Source: Ignavibacteria bacterium
GTDB taxonomy: Bacteria; Bacteroidota; Ignavibacteria; UBA10030; F1-140-MAGs086
NCBI GenBank assembly: GCA_016873775.1
Contig: VGWC01000004.1
Location: forward strand, 1,830 to 65,829
DNA: 64,000 nucleotides
Direction of reading: 5' to 3'
The notes below the pieces were generated by a model. It did not search any database. It was not told where the DNA came from and saw only the letters and a list, made by a program, of their open reading frames with translations. The first letter of the stretch is position 1. Every line of letters begins with the position of its first letter. Both the position numbers and the translations under genes were made by a program. This document shows, one piece after another, positions 57,932 through 64,000 of this stretch.

Positions 57932-58921
57932 TCACTTCTTTTTGTTTTTTACCGGTTTTTTCGTTGTAGTTGTTTTCACTGATGTCGAATACGTTTTCAC
58001 AAATTCTCCCCACGAAAGATTATTTTTTCCTTCGATATGCTCTTTTGCTTTTCTTATACACATATTCGCAACTGCTTCAACAATCCACGCAAAATTTTCT
58101 TTGCCAACGGAATGAACATCGGCATCGGGAGCAGGATTGCAAAAATCTATTGCGTACGGTATACCATCGCGAACCGCAAATTCAACAGTATTGAGATCGT
58201 ATCCGAGCCAGTGATTCAATTGTACAACATACTGTTCTATCAATTCGAGTAATTTTTTTTCTATGGGTTTTGGATTGCGAACATAGCGAAGATGATGCGG
58301 TTCTTTTGGCGCATACTGCATAATATGAACATCGCGTTGGTCAACACAGTAGCAACGGAAATAATCCGTAAAATCAATTTCTTCCTGCAACATCATTACG
58401 AGTTGTCCAGTTTGATTATATGCTTCAAAAAATTCTTCACTGGATTTTACATTGTACACGTGCTTCCATCCGCCGCCTGCAAACGGTTTGAAGAATGCGG
58501 GAAATCCAACATAGTTGAACATCGCTTCCCAATCGAGCGGAAATGCAAGGTTGCGAAATGATTGTTCCGTTGTATCTTGCGGATGATGATGTGAAGGAAG
58601 TATCACTGTTTTCGGAACGGGGACAGCGATTTTTGTTGCAAGACAGTTATTGAAAAATTTATCATCGGCGCTCCACCAAAATGGATTGTTGATAACGGCA
58701 GTTCCGCACATCGCCGCATTTTTTAAGTACGCGCGATAGAAAGGAACATCTTGTGAAATTCTGTCTACAATGACTGCGTATTCTGTTGTATCACCTTGGA
58801 ATACTTTATCAATGCGAACAAATTCAGCAACGATGCCTTTTTCATTTTTTGAATTGATTCGTTCAACCAATGCCGGGGGAAATGTATTTTCTTGTCCAAA
58901 GAGAATTCCAATTTTTTTCAT
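57932..58921 (-). CDS. RimK-like ATP-grasp ligase
   Basis: 'INNPFWWSADDKF', 'VPKT', 'FFKPFAGGGWK', 'MLQE.I', 'VEFAV.DG.PYAIDF.NP'. Confidence 0.88.
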   Translation of the reverse strand: MKKIGILFGQENTFPPALVERINSKNEKGIVAEFVRIDKVFQGDTTEYAVIVDRISQDVPFYRAYLKNAAMCGTAVINNPFWWSADDKFFNNCLATKIAVPVPKTVILPSHHHPQDTTEQSFRNLAFPLDWEAMFNYVGFPAFFKPFAGGGWKHVYNVKSSEEFFEAYNQTGQLVMMLQEEIDFTDYFRCYCVDQRDVHIMQYAPKEPHHLRYVRNPKPIEKKLLELIEQYVVQLNHWLGYDLNTVEFAVRDGIPYAIDFCNPAPDADVHSVGKENFAWIVEAVANMCIRKAKEHIEGKNNLSWGEFVKTYSTSVKTTTTKKPVKNKKK

Positions 58922-58975
58922 ACTGAGTAATTGAGGTAAGTGAATAAATTAATTAAATATGTAATAATAAAAACC

Positions 58976-59704
58976 TTATTGTCGTTCGCAAATTTGTGAA
59001 ACATATTGTTCAAACATTATTTTCCACCAATGCCAATCGTGCCCGAATCCTTGTCGGTCATCGAGCCAGTGTGGGACGTTGAGTGTGTCTAAGATGGCAG
59101 AAAGTTGTGCATTATCGTTACGACAAATATCTGTTTCACCGGTTCCTAAAATAATGTTCATCTCGCGGAATTTGTTTAAATACCATTCGTCCCGTAAGTT
59201 TGGAAGATAATCTGGTGGACTGTTGTAATAACAATTATCATCGTAATAATTTCCGATAAATTGTTTAATGTTAAACGCTCCTCCGAGACTAAACATATAT
59301 CCGATATGCGCAGGATGTCGGAATGCAATATTTGCAGCATGAAATCCTCCAAAACTACACCCACTAACTCCTACTTTTGAAAATCCGGTTTCTTGAATTG
59401 TCGGGAAAATTACTTCGTTTAATATCAGTTGTTCATACGCAACGTGGTTTTGAACTTTCTCAAACGGATGAATTTCATTGTTGTACCAACTGGTTGCATC
59501 ATAACTATCGGGAGTGTAAATTTGGACTTGTCCATTTTCGACATAGCGTTTCACGCATTCAATCAAACCGAAATCTCGGTATTGAAAGTAACTTCCTTTG
59601 GAGGTTGGAAATATTATTATCGGAAATCCAGATTCTCCGAACACAAGCATATCGAAATTTTTTCCGATAGAGTTTGAGAACCATTGACGATGTTCTTCTT
59701 TCAT
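58976..59704 (-). CDS. Alpha/beta-hydrolase (putative esterase)
   Basis: 'FG..G.P.I.FPTS.G', GCSFGG nucleophile elbow, 'HDW.WW'. Confidence 0.9.
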   Translation of the reverse strand: MKEEHRQWFSNSIGKNFDMLVFGESGFPIIIFPTSKGSYFQYRDFGLIECVKRYVENGQVQIYTPDSYDATSWYNNEIHPFEKVQNHVAYEQLILNEVIFPTIQETGFSKVGVSGCSFGGFHAANIAFRHPAHIGYMFSLGGAFNIKQFIGNYYDDNCYYNSPPDYLPNLRDEWYLNKFREMNIILGTGETDICRNDNAQLSAILDTLNVPHWLDDRQGFGHDWHWWKIMFEQYVSQICERQ

Positions 59705-59823
59705 CGAGACAGGAGCAAAGATTGTGAATACATAAAAAAGTTTTGCAAAATTTTGTTTGCTAATATAGAAATTCTTTCATAGCAAGAAAAGTACAGCGAC
59801 GCTCAGGGAAAAACATTAACCAA

Positions 59824-60243
59824 TCAAAACAAATATTTCTTCGGAAGAATTATCACTATTCCCGCTGCTAAAATTCCTCCTAACGTATCTGCAAGAAAAT
59901 CGTACAACTCCGGCGAACGTCCAGGCACAAACATTTGGTGAATTTCATCCGATGCGCCGTACAGCATTACATAGAGAACAGCGAAAAGCAATGCGTACTT
60001 TTTTAACGTCGTATTCCATTCTTGAAATAAAAATGCTCTCGCAGATAACATTCCTAAAACAAAGAATACCCCGAAGTGCAAAAGTTTGTCAAAACTAAAA
60101 AATTGAAATGGAAATTTTATTCCCGGAATTGATGACATTGTAAAGATAAACAACGACCACACTATTGCCGGCAACTGATATCGCGCAAACGAAGGAAATT
60201 TTTTTTGTGATAGTTCGTTCACCATTCTACGTTCTGTCAACAA
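59824..60243 (-). CDS. VanZ-like family membrane protein
   Basis: 'DKLLHF', 'DEIHQ.FVPGR....D.LAD.LG'. Confidence 0.9.
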   Translation of the reverse strand: MLTERRMVNELSQKKFPSFARYQLPAIVWSLFIFTMSSIPGIKFPFQFFSFDKLLHFGVFFVLGMLSARAFLFQEWNTTLKKYALLFAVLYVMLYGASDEIHQMFVPGRSPELYDFLADTLGGILAAGIVIILPKKYLF

Positions 60244-61801
60244 TATGCATCGCCGATGAAAGCGAATCGCTGATATCCATTGCCATTATTGAACGCTTAC
60301 CGAATTTCTCTTCTGCAATATCACCCGCAAGTCCGTGCAAATATGCGCTAATGATTGCAGAGCGTTGAAGTTTTTCTTCAAAGGAAATATTTTCCGATTT
60401 CATTTGTGCAAGTATTCCTGCAACCGTTCCCGTCAAAACATCGCCGCTTCCTGCTGTTGCCATTCCGGGATTTCCTGTGGAATTGAGAAAAACTTTTCCA
60501 TTCGGTGCTGCAATCACAGTCGGATTTCCTTTCAATACTACAATTGCATTCAATTTCTTTGATGAACTTCTCGCAATTTCAACACGATGCGTTTCAATTT
60601 CTTCTGATGAAATTCCAAGCATACGAGAAAGTTCCCCGCTATGAGGAGTGAATATGCAATTCGTAATTTGTAATTCGTAATTCGTAATTGCAGAAAGCGC
60701 ATCTGCATCAATCACCATCGGCTTTGTGCACGATGAAATTATTTCGGCAACAAGCGATTGTGTTTCTTTGTTTTGGGAAATTCCGGGACCGATAGCAACA
60801 ACATCGCACCATTCAATTCGCTCAAGAATTTTTTCTTTTGCAGAAAGTGAAATTGTTCCTTCGCTTGTTTCATCGAGTGGTTCAAGCATTACTTCCGTAA
60901 GTTTTTTTACCAGCAACGGATAGAGTGATTTCACCGTTCCGAGAATTACTGCTCCTGCGCCTACTCTCATTGCGCTTGTTGCAGTCATAAACGCTGCCCC
61001 GGGAAATTGTTGCGAACCTGCAAGCACAAACACTTTTCCGACAGAATATTTATTTGCGTTTAGTTTTCGTTTCGGAAGAAAATCTTCAACATCATTTTTT
61101 TCAACAAGAAAAGTATAGCGTTTTTCTTTGAGGAATTTTTTCGGAATGGAAATATCTGCGACTTCAATTTTTCCAGAACATTCTTTGCCATCGTTCACAA
61201 GCAAACCGATTTTTTTTGCCGCCATTGTTACCGTGAGTTGTGCTTTCACGGCAACATTCGTTTTCATTCCGTTATCAGAATTTATTCCCGAAGGAATATC
61301 GAGAGCAACAATTGGCTTTTTACTTTCATTCATCCACTCGATAATTTCCGAATACGGTTTTCGCACTTCACAGGAAAATCCGGTTCCGAATAATGCATCA
61401 ATAATGAAATCGCAACGCGGACAATTTTTTGAGAATGCTCTTTGTATTTCTCTGAAAGAAAAGAGCGAAGTGTTTTTTGTTTTCTTCTGAAGTTGAAGAA
61501 CAATATCGAGATTGGTTTTTGCATCACCTTTGACATCGGATTTTTTTCCAACAAGGAGAATGTGAACATATCCTCCGCGATTGAATAAATGCCGCGCAAC
61601 AACAAACCCATCGCCGCCGTTGTTTCCTTTTCCGCAAACGATGAGAAATGATTTTTCCGCAACACTTCCAAAATGTTTTTCCATTGAATCAACAACGCTT
61701 CGTCCTGCATTTTCCATCAACAATAATGAAGGAAGAGAATACTCTTCTCCTGCTTGTTTATCGCAGGAACGCATTTCGTCAGTTGAGAGAAGTATTTCCA
61801 T
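60227..61801 (-). CDS. nnr: Bifunctional NAD(P)H-hydrate epimerase/dehydratase
   Basis: 'LMENAG', 'GKGNNGGDG', 'DALFGTG', 'DIPSG', 'IGPG', 'DADAL', 'TPHSGE', 'MATAGSGDVL'. Confidence 0.95.
   Translation of the reverse strand: MEILLSTDEMRSCDKQAGEEYSLPSLLLMENAGRSVVDSMEKHFGSVAEKSFLIVCGKGNNGGDGFVVARHLFNRGGYVHILLVGKKSDVKGDAKTNLDIVLQLQKKTKNTSLFSFREIQRAFSKNCPRCDFIIDALFGTGFSCEVRKPYSEIIEWMNESKKPIVALDIPSGINSDNGMKTNVAVKAQLTVTMAAKKIGLLVNDGKECSGKIEVADISIPKKFLKEKRYTFLVEKNDVEDFLPKRKLNANKYSVGKVFVLAGSQQFPGAAFMTATSAMRVGAGAVILGTVKSLYPLLVKKLTEVMLEPLDETSEGTISLSAKEKILERIEWCDVVAIGPGISQNKETQSLVAEIISSCTKPMVIDADALSAITNYELQITNCIFTPHSGELSRMLGISSEEIETHRVEIARSSSKKLNAIVVLKGNPTVIAAPNGKVFLNSTGNPGMATAGSGDVLTGTVAGILAQMKSENISFEEKLQRSAIISAYLHGLAGDIAEEKFGKRSIMAMDISDSLSSAMHIVDRT
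60658..60689. repeat. Heptamer tandem repeat inside nnr
   Basis: aattcgt-aatttgt-aattcgt-aattcgt-aatt. Confidence 0.8.
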
Positions 61802-61804
61802 TGT

Positions 61805-61906
61805 TTGATGTGGGATTTGCAGTTTGTGATTATGGGATATGCGTGTTAGAAATTCATTGAAGTAGTTCTCTCACATCACAAATCGCAAGTCGCATATCTC
61901 CAATCT
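61805..61906. repeat. Heptamer-periodic imperfect inverted repeat between nuoN and nnr
   Basis: gatgtgg-gatttgc-agtttgt-gattatgg-gatatgc vs cacatc-acaaatc-gcaagtc-gcatatc-tccaatc. Confidence 0.65.
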
Positions 61907-61911
61907 TCTCG

Positions 61912-63345
61912 CTACCAACTTTTTGTAATCAAATTTGTCAGCAATGAAGGAAACATTCCGAAAATAATAACACCGATTGCGGCGAGAGAAATTGCGGCAA
62001 AAGAAATGCGCGAGGCGGAAACAATAAGTTCCGTTTCACTATTTTTGAAATACATCAGCACGACAATGCGCAAATAATAATATGCGGCTATTGCACTTGT
62101 AAGAACTCCGATAATTGCAAGCCACGTGAATCCACCGCTCACTGCGGCGGCAAACACATAATATTTTCCGAAGAAACCTGCGAATGGAGGAATACCGGAA
62201 AGCGAGAACATAAAAATCGCGAACATTGCCGCAAGCGCCGGTTGTTTTTGCGAAAAGCCCGCGTAATCATTGAGTGAAAGATTTGTTTCCTCAATTTGTT
62301 CAACGAGGGAAATTACTCCGAACGCGCCAAGATTCATCAATGTGTATGCGGCGAGATAAAATAAAATTCCCTGCACGCCGTATTGTGTTCCCGATGCAAG
62401 TCCCGCAAGCATATATCCTGCGTGGGCAATACTGCTGTACGCTAACATTCGTTTGATGTTCGTTTGAGAAATTGCAACAACATTTCCGAGAATCATCGAA
62501 GCGGCAGAAATAATTGCAAGCGCAAGAGAAAGTTTTTCGTGTGAAAAATTTTGCGATGTATGTCCGACGATGTTTGCAAATGCGAGGAGAAATCCTGAGA
62601 ACGCTGCAGTTTTTCCCGTTGTTGCCATAAATGCAGTAACCGAAGTTGGCGCGCCTTCGTACACATCCGGCGCCCACATATGAAACGGAACAGCCGCTAC
62701 TTTAAAAGCAAAACCGATAAGCAACAATCCGATACCGAGCCAAAATAACATAGAAGTTTGTAATGAATCGAGTTCGGAAATAATCATAGCGATGTTTGTT
62801 GTTCCCGATGAACCGTACAGTAATGCAATTCCGTAGAGAAGAAATCCTGTTGCAAATGCGCCAAGCAAAAAATATTTCAATGCAGATTCATTCGATGTCG
62901 TACGTTTGCGCAGAAATCCCGCAAGAACATAAAAACACACCGACATCAATTCTATTCCGATAAACATCATCATTAAATCGCCAGCGGAAGTGAGAAACAT
63001 CATTCCTAATACTGCTGAAAGCAACAACGCATAATATTCTCCGAAGTGAATTTCTAATTTTTCCAAATACGAACGTGATAGTAATATCGTGAGAATAGTT
63101 CCGCAGAGTAAAACAAGTGTGCAGAATCGCGTGAAGCCATCTACAAGTACCATTCCATTGAAAACCGTTTGTTGCAGGGTTTGATTGAATGTAACAAAAA
63201 ACGCTGCAAGTGTTCCAACAAGCGATACCCAAAAACTGATACGAGCGTTTTCTTTATACAGTGCATCAACGAGAATAATGAGAAGTGTAACGAGAGCAAT
63301 GACAATCATCGGCAGAACGCCAACGAGATTTGCTGTAATATTCAT
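61912..63345 (-). CDS. nuoN: NADH-quinone oxidoreductase subunit N
   Basis: Likely start MNITANL (63345); 'EYY', 'ESALKYF', 'FKVAAVPFHMWAPDVYEGAPT', 'KRMLAYSSIAHAGY'. Confidence 0.95.
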   Translation of the reverse strand: MNITANLVGVLPMIVIALVTLLIILVDALYKENARISFWVSLVGTLAAFFVTFNQTLQQTVFNGMVLVDGFTRFCTLVLLCGTILTILLSRSYLEKLEIHFGEYYALLLSAVLGMMFLTSAGDLMMMFIGIELMSVCFYVLAGFLRKRTTSNESALKYFLLGAFATGFLLYGIALLYGSSGTTNIAMIISELDSLQTSMLFWLGIGLLLIGFAFKVAAVPFHMWAPDVYEGAPTSVTAFMATTGKTAAFSGFLLAFANIVGHTSQNFSHEKLSLALAIISAASMILGNVVAISQTNIKRMLAYSSIAHAGYMLAGLASGTQYGVQGILFYLAAYTLMNLGAFGVISLVEQIEETNLSLNDYAGFSQKQPALAAMFAIFMFSLSGIPPFAGFFGKYYVFAAAVSGGFTWLAIIGVLTSAIAAYYYLRIVVLMYFKNSETELIVSASRISFAAISLAAIGVIIFGMFPSLLTNLITKSW

Positions 63346-63518
63346 AAAGTTGTTTTGACGAAAAAAATTATGGACAAAAATACAGAAATAGTAAAGTAAA
63401 ATCAATGGAAGTGAAAGAAATAACGGATGGAGTTTCACGAGTGTTGTTCCTGTACCTATGGCTCGGAGAGCGTACAATCTGCACGAAATTTTTTTTGGAA
63501 GATTAAATCTGATTTGAG

Positions 63519-63599
63519 AGATGGAGTCCACCTTGTTTATTGAAAACTGTGAACTCATTAAAGTTTCTCGGCAATGACAAATAAAGGTGGACTCCATCT
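63519..63599. repeat. Perfect 16-bp inverted repeat
   Basis: agatggagtccacctt (63519-63534) / aaggtggactccatct (63584-63599), 49-nt spacer. Confidence 0.85.
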
Positions 63600-63679
63600 T
63601 GACACAATTTGATGCAAACAACATTTTGCTTTGCTCATAAAGATTTGTATTTTCTCCCCAACAATTTTTCAACAAACTT

Positions 63680-63895
63680 ATGCAACAACTTTTAACAGTA
63701 GATATAGCACTCGATACATTATCCCAACTTTCGCTTGACGACCAAATTATGGTTTCGGAAATACTTGCGAAACGAGCCATAGAACAACGACGAAACGAAT
63801 TAGCAGAATCCATACGCATTAGCAGAGAAGAATATGCTCAAGGAAAAACGGGAAGCGGCTCTGTTGATGATTTTCTTGCAAGCATGAAAGACTAA
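63680..63895 (+). CDS. Putative type II antitoxin
   Basis: 71-aa acidic protein 'L..DDQ......L......RR.EL...I......Y..G....GSVDD'; TAATG-coupled to a toxin-like ORF. Confidence 0.7.
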   Translation: MQQLLTVDIALDTLSQLSLDDQIMVSEILAKRAIEQRRNELAESIRISREEYAQGKTGSGSVDDFLASMKD

Positions 63896-64000
63896 TGCCA
63901 ACGCTTCATTGGTCATCGCGGTATCAATCTGCGTTTCGGAAACGGACAAAACAAAACCCGAAACTCTACGACAAGATTGCTGACATTATGAGAAGATTAG
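63895..64000 (+). CDS. Partial RelE/YafQ-like toxin
   Basis: MPTLHWSSRYQSAFRKRTKQNPKLYDKIADIMRRL..., truncated by the window end. Confidence 0.65.
   Translation, partial: MPTLHWSSRYQSAFRKRTKQNPKLYDKIADIMRRL

Noticed and set aside
59824..60243. Glycopeptide resistance gene
   Set aside because: The VanZ-like family is widespread and no van cluster is present
875..63399. Numerous 60-140 aa antisense or overlapping ORFs in the track
   Set aside because: They are shadows of longer well-supported genes and carry no motifs
63346..63819. 157-aa N-terminal extension of NuoN in the ORF track
   Set aside because: It overlaps the opposite-strand antitoxin and the inverted repeat; NuoN-like sequence starts at about 63345

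Overview
An AT-rich chromosomal window, most consistent with an Ignavibacteria-like member of the FCB/Bacteroidota group. The evidence is two proteins with Por/T9SS-type C-terminal 'LxQNxPNPFN' domains, a Bacteroidota-type bS22 and EF-G2, and a TAnnTTTG promoter. Housekeeping content: three tRNAs (Leu-CAA, Arg-CCT, Pro-CGG), apt, tnaA, dapD, rfbD, serS, a Moco cluster, HU, EF-G2, nnr and nuoN. The strongest candidate for an undescribed system is a six-gene operon at 28990-37041. It encodes a His-rich cytochrome-b-like membrane protein, a dedicated TPR protein, a 20-haem and a 25-haem cytochrome c built from tri-haem repeats, an outer-membrane beta-barrel, and a membrane-anchored ferredoxin/flavin NAD(P)H oxidoreductase. 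Together these could form a cytoplasm-to-exterior electron conduit. Other accessory modules: a LPP20/CHASE2-adenylate cyclase/SH3-M48/lytic transglycosylase/PEGA envelope operon; a Cyc2-like monohaem-porin; a cyclase fused to a STAND ATPase with a degenerate Walker A; an alpha-solenoid-TM-WD40 protein; and an esterase/ATP-grasp/GCS2/M29 peptide-ligase operon. The window also holds several eroded pseudogenes missed by the ORF track (hicA, hemH, ABC permease, Calx-beta/type III Res chimera, S1/P1-PLC) and a family of heptamer-periodic inverted repeats. All family calls rest on motif recognition by eye; no database searches were run.
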